Shown piece after piece: positions 23,346 through 36,973 of a DNA stretch of 64,000 nucleotides (position 1 is the first letter of the stretch; the number at the start of each line of letters is the position of its first letter). The DNA comes from Zootoca vivipara (lineage: Eukaryota). Under the pieces are notes generated by a model, which ran no database searches, was not told where the DNA came from, and saw only the letters and a list, made by a program, of their open reading frames with translations. The DNA lies in the NCBI RefSeq assembly GCF_963506605.1, contig NC_083276.1:80848001-80912000 (forward strand). Reading direction: 5' to 3'. Both the position numbers and the translations under genes were made by a program.

Positions 23346-24850
23346 GAACATGTAAGAACTTCTAGTTCAGTCACCTGCAGCTACTGTTTAACATTCCTCC
23401 TGCATTCTGGTAGCAGCAGACTAAAGAAAGTATCTGTTGCGTGTATCCCCTATGAATATCCACATCTGTTACTGAGTGGGCAGGGAAAACTGCTCCCCAA
23501 GGCAATCTGTGCTGAAAAGCAGCAAAAGCAGCATTTATCACATTTTCCAATCAGTTTTCAACAAGGCTTGGGGTAGAAATACACCATGCTTTTGTCTGCA
23601 GACATCAGCTGTAGAAAATTCTGGCCACCCTCCTCCACCACTACCACCCGCAAAAGAAGAATGCAGCAATGGATTTGATCTCAGTGGGGAGGGCCAAGTA
23701 CAAATCACAGGGGTCACTAGACTGACAAATTAAGCCAGTGTCTGGAAATGAACTTGATGGTGGAAAATGTTAATTACTTCCCCTTTGTTTTTCACTCTGG
23801 ATGATACACTGGAATGATTATTCAGATTCTTAAAGCTCTTTGCAAAGTTAAAAAAATAATCTCTTTCTGGAAAAAGAAAGATAGACTTCAAAAGACAGAC
23901 GAAGTTGCCACTGTCACTTATAAGTACTGGCTATAATCACTTCCATATATTCTTCATCAGATTCTTCACAATGGCAATTCATTGGGTTGGCGTGAAAAGA
24001 AACATCAAAATACCTTTCAGTGTTCATTGATAGATGTGCATAATGAACATCCACACCAAAGTAAAATGGATACAGGCAAAAAAGATTTTAAAACCACAAA
24101 AATCACAATTTCTACAAACTAACCTACATTCTGCCGCTGAAACATCCAGGAAATCATATTCAGTAACATTACACTACTGAGCTAACTTTGGTCTACTGAG
24201 GCTGCCAAACATGGGAACTAGACAACCATCTGTCAGCTGCACAAAACACACATATATACAGACAGTTCTCCATAAAATGAGATAATGATCATGCATGCTG
24301 AATTTGATCTATATATAAGGAAACACACACAGGTTAAGAACCCCTAGTTAGACTAGAGGCTCTTTCCCATGCTCTGGTGAGGTCCTCATGTGCATGAATA
24401 AGAGAATGGGCAAATTCTCATCCCACAATAAACAGATGCTTCTATAAAAAGCAGTGAGTGATCCCACAACAGATCAATGCCCAGGAGATGTATGGTAGGC
24501 TTGCAATTAATAATTCACAGGGGGAAACATCACTATTCTTGTATCTTTGGATTGCCAGCTCCTTACTGGGCCTCTTTTCTCACCAGTGAAAGGCAAATGC
24601 AGATGGGAAATTGGAGCATGAGGCAGCCTGTGTACAAGAGCAAGGAGAAAGCTCCTTGATAGAAACTTTGGGTAAGCCAACAACATGTCAGTGGATTTTT
24701 AATTTTGATTTTGCTTGTTCCCACTTCCTTGGTCTACTGAATCACACAAGGCCAAATTATGTATTTCAACACTCTCTGTTCACTGTGAACTCACATCAGC
24801 CTGTGGCCATTTTCACTGGAAATAATGCCTTGGTGTAAGTCCATGCTCAC

Positions 24851-25395
24851 CTGGTATTTATCGGGATCAGCTCCTCCAGCTTGTGCCACAAAAAGCCCCG
24901 AGCCGTCTTCCAGCTCCATCTCATCAGGCGAGCGTTCAAAACGGACCCGCTCGAACTCCTCGCAGTCTACGTAGAGAACGACTTCCTCATCCTGCACACT
25001 GATGGCAAAGCGAGTCCACTGATTGACTAGGGAAGGCACTGTGAATGCAGCAGCAGCATAGGAGTTCTGAGAGCCAGGCTCCGTATAATAGAAAATGATC
25101 TGCTGTTTTCCATCTTTCACCTCTGACAGCTTCACGCCAACATAAATGATTGACTGGGAAGCATCTGTGATAGCAAAAAGGACGCCTGCCTTGTCTGTGG
25201 TGGGCTGCACATGGAACAAGAGCGAGAAGTCTCTGTAAAAAGGGCTGGGAAGGTGGTACCGTGCCACTTGTCCAGTGTTGGCATCCAGTCCAAACACATA
25301 GCCAGGGCTGTTGTCTGGGCCATACACTTTGGTTATCTGGTCTGGTGGGGGGTCTCCAATCAGCTCCAAGAGGCCAACTTCTGTGCTGAAGTTTT
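24851..25395 (-). CDS. COL18A1: Collagen XVIII TSPN/laminin-G-like domain exon common to all isoforms ((E)[17 protein letters not shown]...[11 protein letters not shown])
   Basis: ctcccttcaccag|AAAACTTC...TACCAG|gtgagc; 545 bp, phase 1 to 0; EVGLLxLxGDPPP, [19 protein letters not shown] and [13 protein letters not shown] are COL18A1 motifs. Confidence 0.97.
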
Positions 25396-26678
25396 CTGGT
25401 GAAGGGAGAAAAAAGGCATTTCAGAAATAAGCTAGACAGTGTTGTTGAGTACAGTATGGATACATTCATATAGGAGCGCCTTCCAAGTATCAGTGATATC
25501 GCTCAAACCCACATTGAAAGGCAGAAAACTGTGGACTGAACCCAGCGAAAGAGTCCCACTAGTGTAAGGCCCTCTAGCTGCGCAATGAAAATTTCTTGCC
25601 CCCTGTGCCCTCCCTAAATCTGCTCCAAAGGGTTGAAAGGAAACCCATATGAGATTTAGGGGGTCCACAGGGAAAGGAGAGGGAGGGAAGTTCCACTGTG
25701 CAGCCAAAACTGTTTACATTGGCAGAATTGTTTAGTTGGATACCTCCCTATATCTCAAAAAAATCCTGGAGAGGCAAGTTTGCAGTATGCAGTGTACATC
25801 ACGGTGCAGGTAAGAGTGCACACCTAATAAACATATTTTAGGATCAAGCCTATTCTCTTGACTGTAATTTGTTTTAAATGCTTTGAGAACTATATTTTTT
25901 AATTGTTGTAACCCACCCAGAGACCTCATGGTGAAGGGTGGGAAAGAAATCTAAACCATCGCCAGCTATCTTCAAGGCAGCTTGTGCCTCCAGTTGCAAA
26001 GCTGAACTAAGGAGCCATCACACTTACACTTAGCAGCAATAAACAATTTGCTAGAAAGAATCAACAATGTAAATTGATGAGCTCAATGCCATAACTCAAC
26101 AACTTAAGTCTCTCGGATCCTGAATATTTTCAAGGAATAAAATACTGTATGCTCACAACATTCTGCTTCCATGTACTTTAAGAGTGTCAGGCTTCAAGTA
26201 CCTATCTGAGATATTAATTTCAAAAGACACTTTTATGCACACACACAAGAATGGACTAAACAGATATGCTCATTAAAGGCTATATATGCAGAAAGGCATG
26301 TGTGAATGAGCCCACTACATTATGCATGAGCTTTACTGCATGGAAAATCTGCCACCCTGAGAGAACCAGCTCTATTTTCCTTCTTGGCTTACTTCATGTT
26401 TCAAGAACTCAGAATGGCTGTTCAATTTATCACCACTCGGGGGGGGGGGAACCCCACCCCAAACAAACTAAACACAGTTCAACAATTTGGTTTTTATTAG
26501 GGAAGCATCACTAGATGAATAAAGTTGCCTCTGTAATGCTTTGGGGGAGAATTTGGCCTATGACGAATTCCATGATTATTATAGCTTCATAAAAAATAAT
26601 AATTGCAAAGCTTCAAATGGAAGCCCATGGGCAAGCTTTAAAAATGTAGAGTGGTTAATATGAGTTTTGACCTCCATC

Positions 26679-26826
26679 CAGGGGGGTACCTAGTGGTTGG
26701 CTAGGTTGGCCCCCACCATGGGTGGGCACAAAAATTGTGAAGAAAGACAAAGAGAGCCAATGATTGCCTAGGGGGCACGGGATGGCAGGGGTGTCAAGGG
26801 CACAAGGGAGCCTAGGTATGTCTCTG
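26679..26826. mobile_element. Short hAT-type MITE
   Basis: Perfect 8-bp TSD CCTCCATC (26671-26678, 26827-26834); degenerate TIRs CAGGGGGGTACCTAG / CTAGGTATGTCTCTG. Confidence 0.75.
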
Positions 26827-27364
26827 CCTCCATCCTATGCTGCCTTTTGGATTGTGCAGAGAACATTTTACTAATCAGATTACAGTAGCACAACAGGACA
26901 GAGGCATTAGTTTATTAGCTGATCTGTTTTAGTTACCCTGAGAGGTTGCCTATGGCATTAATTTAACAAAGCACAATGGAACAATTAGAAAAGCTGGATG
27001 ACTAGGATTATAATAATGAATAACAATTGTACATTATAATTAGAAATAATAGCTGCTGTGATACCCGCATGCATCAGCTGAAATCAAAGAAAATGTGTGT
27101 TTTTTTCTTTAGAACTTTTTCCACTCATAAGTTATTACACTCAAGTCAATCCGCTAAAGGTCATAAGGTTAATTGTTTAGCATTTCTTCAAACAGGTGAC
27201 AGCTCTGCAAAAAGTGTGTGCGGTATTGGCAATGTTGAATGGTGAATGTTCACTTAAATGTCAGGATAAGCCCAGCAATAAACATAGAACCAGGAATGGC
27301 CCCCAACCTCTGCGTTTACTGCAGAAATGCATGTTCATTTACACACATATACCGTTCACAACTG

Positions 27365-27400
<36 letters not shown>

Positions 27401-28015
27401 TATGATTTATGATTTATACCCCACCCATCACCTTGCCGACAAAGGTCCGTATAGTTAAAGCTATGGTTTTCCCAGTAGTGATGTATGGAAGTGAGAGCTG
27501 GACCATAAAGAAGGCTGATCGCCGAAGAATTGATGCTTTTGAATTATGGTGCTGGAGGAGACTCTTGAGAGTCCCATGGACTGCTAAAAGATCAAACCTA
27601 TCAATTCTTAAGGAAATTAGCCCTGAGTGCTCCCTGGAAGGACAGATCGTGAAGCTGAGGCTCCAATACTTTGGCCACCTCATGAGAAGAGAAGAATCCT
27701 TGGAAAAGACTCTGATGTTGGGAAAGATTGAGGGCACTAGGAGAAGGGAACGACAGAGGACAAGATGGTTGGACAGTGTCCTCGAAGCTACGAACATGAG
27801 TTTGACCAAACTACGGGAGGCAGTGCAAGACAGGAGTGCCTGGCGTGCTATGGTCCATGGGGTCACGAAGAGTCGGACACGACTAAACGACTAAACAACA
27901 ACAACAACCCCACCCATCTGACTGGGTTTCCCCAGCCACTCTGGGCGGCTTCCAACAGAAAAATAAAACACAGTAATCTATTAAACATTAAAAGCCTCCC
28001 TAAACAGGGCTGCCT
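27365..28015 (-). mobile_element. LINE (L2/CR1 group) 3' end with (AAT)n tail, interrupted by BovB
   Basis: (TTA)n at 27365-27400, then TTTATACCCCACCCATC, which resumes after the BovB insert as ACCCCACCCATCTGACTGGG...CTCTGGGCGGCTTCC. Confidence 0.55.
27430..27906 (+). mobile_element. BovB (RTE-clade) LINE, 5'-truncated
   Basis: Open frame ITLPTKVRIVKAMVFPVVMYGSESWTIKKA...RIDAFELWCWRRLLRVPWT...HGVTKSRTRLND; (AAC)n tail; 12-bp TSD ACCCCACCCATC (27418-27429, 27907-27918). Confidence 0.95.
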
Positions 28016-31000
28016 GATAGTACATTTTGTTGTAGCATATTCTAAAACAAATTAAATGTGAATCTGCCCTGACATTCTCTTGACCAAAGGCTCACAAAAA
28101 CCTGGAGCCAGCAATGCCTCGAAAAAAGCAAATTTAAGAAGACAGCTGAAAAGCCCCTCTGTTCTTCCTCTTTCTAGGCAGCTATTTACATTTCAATTAG
28201 ATTACTGGTACTTAAATACATAATAAGCCACCCAACCCATGACACGTTCCTTTTCTTCAATGCAATTCAGATAATACAACCAGTGTATGGACTGTCTATA
28301 GGCCATTCCCTGGCGTTTTTGTGACAGCATGGGCCGGAAGACACAAAGGGCATGGCCCATTATGGGAGATAGTGCAAATCATGAATGCAAGTAGCTTAAT
28401 ATGTTGAGAATAAAGGGATTATTTTAAATCATTTTAGTAAAATACAAAATTATTAGTGTGAGTTGTGCCATGGGCCTATCAGTCACCCAAGCACTTTTGC
28501 TCTCACTCACTTCCAACCAAGGCCAACACTACATATTTATGACAAAATCCCCCATATTTGTCTCATATTGGTAATACTGAGACGAGGGAAGAGAAATTGC
28601 AGGGGGAAATGCGTAACTGGGTGGGGTTTGCAACCCTTCTCCCACCTGTCAGTACTGACTTCTGTAGGCTGTTTGCCCTTGATAGACTTTGGGGAAGAGA
28701 ATGGATCCAGTGAGGCATTTGTAAGGGAGAATTGGTAGGAAGAATTCAGCACATAATTAAGCAGTCTGCAACATGTGCATTGTCAACTAAATATCTGGCA
28801 TGTGGCCCCATTCAATAGAAACAGCTATGACCCAGGCAGCTAGCTCCTGGAGAGCTGACAAAGCAGTGTGACCTAGTTGGAGAAGTTAACTAGTACTCTG
28901 TAAAAATAAAGTTTGTTCTACCATGAACTCAGCTCTTAGTGAGTTTCTACATCCACAGCAGCAGGGGGCAACACACAGCCCTCCTGGTGTTCAGCCCTCT
29001 GTTCTCACAGTGGACAACCAGAGGAAAGCCTGAAAGCATGCCACGATCACAAACAGCAAGTGTTATTCAGAGGCATACTGCTTCTGGAGTAGTGCACAGC
29101 CACTCCCAATATTGCTTTGGCAAATTCAGGTTTGGAAACCTACATACAAACGTGTGTCCTTTAGAATGTGTGTGACAGGCTTCAGCCAAATTTCCAGGGC
29201 ATAAAATATACAATACAATAGCAATGATAAACAGCAGCAGTTAAAAACAACCACACCAGGCAAAATAAAACTGTTTTAGCCCGGTGCCCAAGGGGCTAAA
29301 GTTCCTTCCTGTGATAGGAATCTACCTAGAAGGTCCTCCCTCTCTCTGGTCACCACCCACCTCTCCTCAGATGGTGGTGCTACCCAGAGGACAACCTCTA
29401 AAGATGACACTGCATGGGCAGATTGATACAGGAACAGCTGTCCCTTCAGATAGCTGGTTCCCATGCTGTATGAGCATGTAAAGGGGAAGCACCATGGCCA
29501 GTGCACCAATGAGGCGATGTGAAGCAGCCTGCCTCAGGCAGCATGCTCCACATGGGCGGGGAAATCCTGACCACCACCACCCTGCCGCTGCCATTGCATC
29601 TCCACTTCTTTTCTTCCAACTGTCACCCCTCTCTGGCCTCAGTGGCAGCAGCTTCTGACTTGGCTTTGGGTAAGCTGAAGACACAGCCCAAAGTCAAAGC
29701 CAAGGAGAGTAGCAGCAATGCTTTGCAGAACGCTCCCTTTCCACCAAGACTCTCAGCACAAAGGGGGCATTCCTGCAGAGTGGCTGCTTTGCCACTGGTC
29801 TCCTCCCACACTGCTGAGGCACATGCCTGGATTTGGGTGTGGGGGCAGCAATGCTTCTTGCCAAAAGGTCTCTGTCCACCCCCTGGGAAGCACCTACATT
29901 CTTAATTGCCATTGGAAGTAGACTGGGAGCTAGCGAAATTCTTGAAGTGCTGGCAACATGTGTTCGCAATGGCCAATCCCAGTATGTAGCCCGCTGTACT
30001 TTAAAATAAGTTAGCAGTTTCCTGTTTCCAATGATAGTCCCAAATACAGCACATTACAGTTTACAGTAGTCAAGGCAACTTAATCCAGTCTTGCCCTGAG
30101 CAATTGGTTTGAATACTGCATTTCATTTTTCCTTATACTTCCCATGGATTTATATTTCCATATTGTTGACATTAAGGCTGAAAATTCAAAGTGAAGGGCC
30201 TGAAATAACTCTTGAGGGGCCAGCCTCCTTTCCCACTGTAATGACAGTCGTGGCTGCTAGCACTTTGTTTTGAAAACCATGTCATCAAAGGCAAATGTTC
30301 AAAATCCTCTCTCAAATTATTTCCTGTTCCACAGGGATAGCATTTTATTGATTTTCAAGGCTTACATGAAACATACCATAACGTCAGCATCTGTTGCTTT
30401 CTGGCAGTGGTTGTACAGTAGGGACTAATTAACACCAACAACTGGTTCAATGCTGTTTTGGTTTGTTTGGCTAGAGGAAGAAAAAGTCTTCCCAAACCAC
30501 AACTGGAAATCCCTTCAGCAAGTCTCCTGCGGCTCTGCAGAAGACTCCAGTTGAAAAATTCATCCTGAGAATGTGAACTCAGCAAAGCCTGCTTCCCTTT
30601 CCACTCTAGCCCCAAGAGGATGGAGGCCACTCATTGCCATTTTTATCCACTCGTTAAATGAAGGATGAAGATTCACATAGATACAGTCATTGAGTTTCTA
30701 ACTATGCAGAGAGATAGCATAGTTGGCGGTTACCATCAGGAACAAAAGGGTGCTTACAGTATTCGAGAAACTCGAAAAATTAGAGGACAGATTAAGATGG
30801 GGCAGTGAATCCTGAGCAATGGGTAATGAAGTCGCCAGCCAGATCTACATTTCAAATATGAAGATTTATATGAAGATAAAAATAATAGTCTTTCTCCTGC
30901 AATACTCTTCTCTACAAAGTCTTAGGGCTCATCCACATTTACCTTTTGCCCTACACTTTCTAGGCATACGTAGCTCCACACTTTAAAACTCTGTGAACAA

Positions 31001-31310
31001 GCACTTTTTTGTTTGCCCCGGTGCTTTCCCCTCGAAAAGCTGCTCTTCACCACTAAATCAGAGCAAACGGCAAGCCTTGGAAAACCATCCTGGGCAGCTT
31101 CCAGCAAAATATAAAAACTAAAATGAGGTCATTTTCAGCGGCACTCCTGTGACAACTGTAACATGTGCCTATTGGTACGATTACCCTTGTACTCCCCACC
31201 CAATCCCGCTATTTAGCCTTTTGAGGGTGATAAGAATAGCCATCTCTGTCACTGATCGCAACTCAACCTCCTGCTCTATGAAGAAAACTAAGAAGTCACT
31301 GAAGCAAGTA

Positions 31311-31595
31311 AAGTGGTGCCTCGCAAGACAAATTTAATTCGTTCCACGAGTCAATTCGTTCTGCGAAAAATTCGTCTTGCAAATCGCGGTTTCCCATAGG
31401 AATGCATTGAAATTTCTTTTTTTGCCCATAGGAACACATTAATTAAATTTCAATGCATTCCTATGGGAAACTGCGATTCGCAAGATGAATTTTTCGCAAA
31501 ACGAATTCGTCTTGCGAGTCACCATCAGATCGCAAGACACATTCGTCTTGTGAAAAATTTGTCTTGCAGGGCATTCGTCTTGCAAGGTACCACTG
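31311..31595. mobile_element. Tigger/pogo-type palindromic MITE
   Basis: TA-flanked; TIRs AAGTGGTGCCTCGCAAGAC / GTCTTGCAAGGTACCACTG; internal inverted repeat GTTTCCCATAGGAATGCATTGAAATTT. Confidence 0.85.
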
Positions 31596-32693
31596 TAAAA
31601 CTTCATTTTCTGGGAGTTGAAACGAAGCAGCTGTGTTTGCACCAAAACCTTGGAAGAGATCCTAGCACATATAATGTTCTCTTACACGAAATAGACTTGA
31701 GGGCTTTTCACACAATTAAAAAAGGGGGGAGTTTTGCTTCAAAACATTTGAAGGGGATATGTTTGTTTGCAAACTCCTATAAATAGATAGCTGGGAGTTT
31801 CACAGGGTGTATGTTGGCAATATATTTACAGACATGGGTCTCTCCTTCAAACATTATACTGCAAATGCCTCTTTCCTTTTGGTATTGTGTGCAAAGGCTC
31901 TCAAACAGAGTAGGCATCCAAAACCATCGCCACACTCCAGAGTTCATGGCCCTTCTGCTTGAGCTCCAGGGAAAGTTGTTCCCATTAAAGTGCACAGCTG
32001 TGAGAAATCTAGCAAAGCGAACAGACTTGGGCTAGGAGAGGGAAAGGATGAAATATCTATGCAGCTCGCTGCTCTGGACTTAATGCTGACCTTGAGTCAC
32101 CTCCGTATTAGTTTGCTTGTAAAATGAGGTGACACGAACAGGAGGAAAGCGCTGCACTGCTCAAAGACAAATGCAGGCCAGTATCTGCTAATATCAGTGA
32201 CAGCGAGTAGAAAGAAAAATGTGATTCATATCTTTCCCACTCCCCACCCACAACTTAATTCCCATGTACAAAGCCGTCAGTCATCTTGAATGGAAAACTT
32301 TTCCTGGCTGCAGTTTCAGTTGTGGAACACCTGGCTGTAGGAAAGATGACAAATCACAATGGCAATCATTCCCTGGAGTTGGGGAAACAAGTTGCCTTGG
32401 CAATAGGATCTGCAAACATCATAATGGCATGGCCTGAGGAGGATATATTTTAAAGGTATATCCCTATAGAGCAGCCTTCACCCATGCAAACATCTGGAGA
32501 GCACCTACTTGGTGAAGGCTCCTTTATAGGGAAATAACTGTAGCATCACTCTATAGGGGGGGGGGAGGGTTTTACAGCAAGCTGTATCTATGACGTTTTT
32601 GGTGTGGCCACTTGCCGCTTTCATTTTTTTAATTTTTGCCAGAAATTACCCCATCCCATCCCAAAAGCCTCCAACATTGCCAATCCTACATTC

Positions 32694-32756
<63 letters not shown>
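32694..32756. repeat. (GTT)n microsatellite
   Basis: Direct reading. Confidence 0.95.
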
Positions 32757-32758
<2 letters not shown>

Positions 32759-35700
32759 TATATACCACTCATCACACTGGGTTGCGCAGAAATGAATGCC
32801 ACATAATATTCAGGGGTTCAAAGACCTCCGCAACTTCAGATAACCATAAAGGGAAACAAAATATTGCACTAAACACCAGGAACATGCAACTCAATAGGAG
32901 AACATGTAAGTTTGTGAGAGTATTTTGAATTTCTGATGGCCCTTGCCATCAGATTTCATGGCACCAAGTGACCTGACACCTCTAATTTTTCCTGTTTTGA
33001 CACAGCTGTGGCTTGGTAAAATAGGACACATAGGATATAATTGGGATAAATGACCTCTTGACCTCTTTGTAGGGTACATCCAATTTGAATTAATTTCTGT
33101 TCAACCACTAGAAGTACTGTATACATTTCCACTTTCAAATAAACTATACTGAGCCTAAACTTTCTAAAGGCATTCCTGCACCAGCTGTTTTCCCCAGGAC
33201 ATGTTCAGGAACAGCTGGTGCCATCCACACAGCAGCCTGTCTGGTGTCCTTGATCTCGACTCCAATTCCAGGCTCCAATTTGCTGTGTTTGCCCATAATG
33301 TTCCTCACAATGCCCAAGCACATGATGTCTGCAGCAACTTTTTCTTTGTCCCTTCCCTGCTCCAAAAGGTGAAGGAAAAAAAGAGTGCTGGTGCAGATAC
33401 TTCACATGGCAGTTGTATTTCTCAAGCTGTATCATTGTTCACTTACCGTCAGCATTCACAAATATATAAAGGGTGAAAGAAAGATACATACGGTATCTCC
33501 AATGCAAGGTGACATATGATGTGCATGAACTAGGAAGGTGCAACTGACCTCAGTTCCCTGGCACATGTTTAGTGAGTGTCTGGAGATGCATGCCTCCCTT
33601 TCATAGAGTGTCGCTGCAGTATGTGCATGAATCTGGTTTGTTTCAATTTAAGATTATCCCCAGTTTAGGCTGTGGACAGCACTCTAAACTGCAACACACT
33701 AAACTCCATCTAAAATGGAATTGGAAGCTTGCTCAGAGCCACACTGAATGAGAAAAGATATGGGAAAGAGCGTGTAAGCCCAGGAGGAAACTCATTTTCC
33801 TAACAACAACAACAAAACACGCTCTAGCTATTATGTCCAAATGCTGCCATAAAGGAAATGCAACCTTTAATGTACAATCCTATACACCAGGGGCAGCCAA
33901 GAGGGTGTCCTTCAGATGCTGCTGGACTCCAACTCCCACTAGCCCTAGCCAGCAGGCCATTGGGGCAAAGATGATGAGATGAGCCCTGTTGGATCAGACC
34001 AAAGGCCCATCTAAGCCAGCATCCTGTTCCCACAGTGGCCAACCAGATGCTTATGTGAAGCCTGGAAGCAAGACCTGAGCGCAACAGCACTCTCCCAAGG
34101 CATAGCATTCCACTGTTAGTTTCATGAGAAAATGTATGAAACTGATGAATGCAATTGCACTGAGCCCAACACACACAATATTCTCTTGCAACCCCCTCCC
34201 TGCATTGCAAATTCTCTTCCTCTACTCCATGGGAAAGCCTCCTAGATCGACATTCCATGCCTCCCAACTCCACTGCACATTTGTACGTTTTGAATGGAAA
34301 TGGAAATAATTATAAACAAAAGTACATTGAGTTTTCTCTCAAGGCATGCTGGAGTTTTCATATCCAGAAATTATTCTCTTACCAGCCCCAGCAGAACATC
34401 TGGCTATGTTCACGACCTGACCCTCACAGCAAATTCTTATTTTTCTGGCATTGTTTTACAGCTCTTCTCAATCACCCACACAGTGGGTGAGATTTTTTCA
34501 TAACACATGTCGTTTCTTCAAGTTAGAGCCAAAAAGTGCTAATAACCTCTTTCACTATACAAAAAAAAGGGTTGAAACTCAAAATGCTGTTTTAAAAATT
34601 CAAGCTTTCAATTACATACATTTTATCCAAAACCGAAAAACTCTTTTAAAAAAAAGAGTAAGTAAAAGTGCAGCAAAATTTGCTACGATTCAAAGATAAA
34701 GAGTGTGTGGGCATAGGGTGGGTTAAGAAGTCGGGGTGCGGGGTGGAGAGATGAATAAATCCAAAAGAACAATAATGTAAATGTCCTCAAAACCCAGCTG
34801 ACTATCGTGATGAAGGCATGAACTCAAGACTCATAAGGAGCAATTTCATGGAGAAGATTTTAAAACCAGCGTCAAAATGAAAACGGAGAGAAGAACCTGA
34901 GAAATAAAAAGCATGATGGTTTTCCCAAGTACCTTGGGAGGAATACAGGAATGTACTTGGTTTCCCACGCTTGCAAAGTGTTCATGGCTAAGGGAAAGAA
35001 AGATTATTTTGCACAGAGAGATAACTTTAATCACATCCACAGACTTGAAAGGAAAATATCAATCAACAGCTGCATTGCTGCAACTTTCACCATTGTGGGA
35101 GAGGTTTTCTAGGTCAAAAAAGGGTCATTGTGTATTTAGAACCCTCCTCATATTCGGGGGGGGGGGTCAGGAACCATTACTTTTAAAGAGTTCACTTTAC
35201 ACTATAGTAAAGCAAGACCATGGGGGTGGGGATTATCAAAAGCCAGGAGGCAAGTTTCCCCTCCAGGAATGCCACCTAGAAGAGAAACATTCTGCAACAT
35301 TTGAGACAAACATTAACCACAGTCCTGAGACTCATTGACCCATAAGCAAACAAACTGACCTGTCTTATGTGCTATTTGCATTTTAGTTGTACTCACAAGC
35401 TGCTTAATCTCCAAAAGACATTAGCCTAACAAAATTTAAATGTGCTTGATCAGTAAAAACTCAAGACACACAGTGGGCGTTTCTATAAAATCTTGACAGG
35501 GGTGGGGGGTGCGGGAACTGAAGTAAACAGAAAGCATTCTTTTTCTGTGAAAAATTAAGAGGGTGAAAATTAGAGCATTTCGTCGTCAAAAAACAAACAA
35601 GCAAACCCTAATTATTTCAAGCCCATGAAATGTTGCCATTTGGCCTCTGCAGATGTTATGCTTTGAGCCAAAGGACCCTCGAAACCATACATAAGAGTAA

Positions 35701-36149
35701 CTTTTGAGATAACAGAGAAAATGTGCAGCCAAGGACCTTTCACTCCCACGCTCAAGTATCTAATATAAAGGGAGGCTGTCAGATCTACAACCCACAGGAA
35801 ATAGCAAAGGGACACCCCACACAACTTCAGGACCCAGGACCATGCTGCTTTCTGACCCTGCCCAGTGCCAATACTGTGAACAAAGATAACCCTGTGTCTG
35901 TTGTGACTCACACATCGCCATAAGGAAGATTAATGGCTCCTAGAGGATGATCAGTCAAAGGAAATTACCAGATGCCTCCTTATCCCCTTTATATATAACA
36001 AATTGTTGAAAAGTTCACAAAGCAGATCTCATAGCAGGAGCCTGCCACCTTACAGACAGCTTTGGAGCAAAAGCCAGCCATGGAACTACTTTGAACCTTA
36101 TACTAGAAGAATATTGGTCTAATGCAGCCTTTGGTCTAAGGCAGTGCCT

Positions 36150-36745
36150 TCCATCAGCTTTGCCTGGTGGCCTGCTGAACCCCTATCTGTACAAGGAAAG
36201 ATTGACTTCTGTTGCCCATGCTCTGGTAACTTATAGGTTAGATTGCTGCAATGTGTTATACTTGGGACTGCCTCTGAAGATGGTTCAGAAACTTCAGCTG
36301 GTTCAGAATTCAGCACCCAGCTTGCTCACCAGCGCAAGATGGTTTGAGCATATAACACAGATCCTGGTTTGACTATACTGGCTGACAGTTTCCAGGCCAC
36401 ATTCAAACTTCTGCTTTTGACCTATAAATGGCTTAGGATCACAATACGCCCAAGGACCACCTCTCCCCATATCAACTGACCCAGAACCTGCAGAAGGTCC
36501 AGAGGGTGGCAACACAAGAAAGGGCCTTTTGTGCAGTGGCGCCCTGCTTGTGGAATGCTCTCCCCAGGGAGGCTCACCTGGCGCCTTCATAACATATCTT
36601 TAAGTGCCAGGCAAAAACATTCTTCTGCCACCTTTTAAACTTGGGGGGGGTATTGTTTTTGTTTATTATTACAGTATGCAATTTTGTGTTTTTATAATGT
36701 AAACCGCCCTGTGATCCCCAAATGAGGGGCAGTATAGAGATTTCA
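36150..36745 (+). mobile_element. L2-clade LINE 3' portion, decayed
   Basis: HALVTYRLDCCNVLYLGLPLKMVQKLQLVQN...HITQIL resembles the L2 ORF2 C-terminus; 3' UTR ends in TGTAAACCGCCCTG...GGGCAGTATA. Confidence 0.8.
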
Positions 36746-36850
36746 ATTAATTAATTAATGTCATTTAACATCAAAATGCAGCTTATGAAGCAATAGCACC
36801 ACAACACAATAAATAACAGAATTAAAAGACATCAAAAAAGCAAACAAAGC

Positions 36851-36954
36851 TGACCAAACTGTGGGAGGCAGTGGAAGACAGGAATGCCTGGCGTGCTTTG
36901 GTCCATGGGGTCACGAAGAGTCGGACACGACTAAACGACTAAACAACAACAACA
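36851..36954 (+). mobile_element. BovB extreme 3' end with (AAC)n tail
   Basis: Matches 27803-27906. Confidence 0.9.
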
Positions 36955-36973
36955 AAAACAAGTGATAAAAGCA

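Noticed and set aside
32590-32928. Poly-Val and poly-Cys ORFs, and similar ER/SL/KEGR repeat ORFs at 12543-12887 and 16856-17059
   Set aside because: These are translations of microsatellites.
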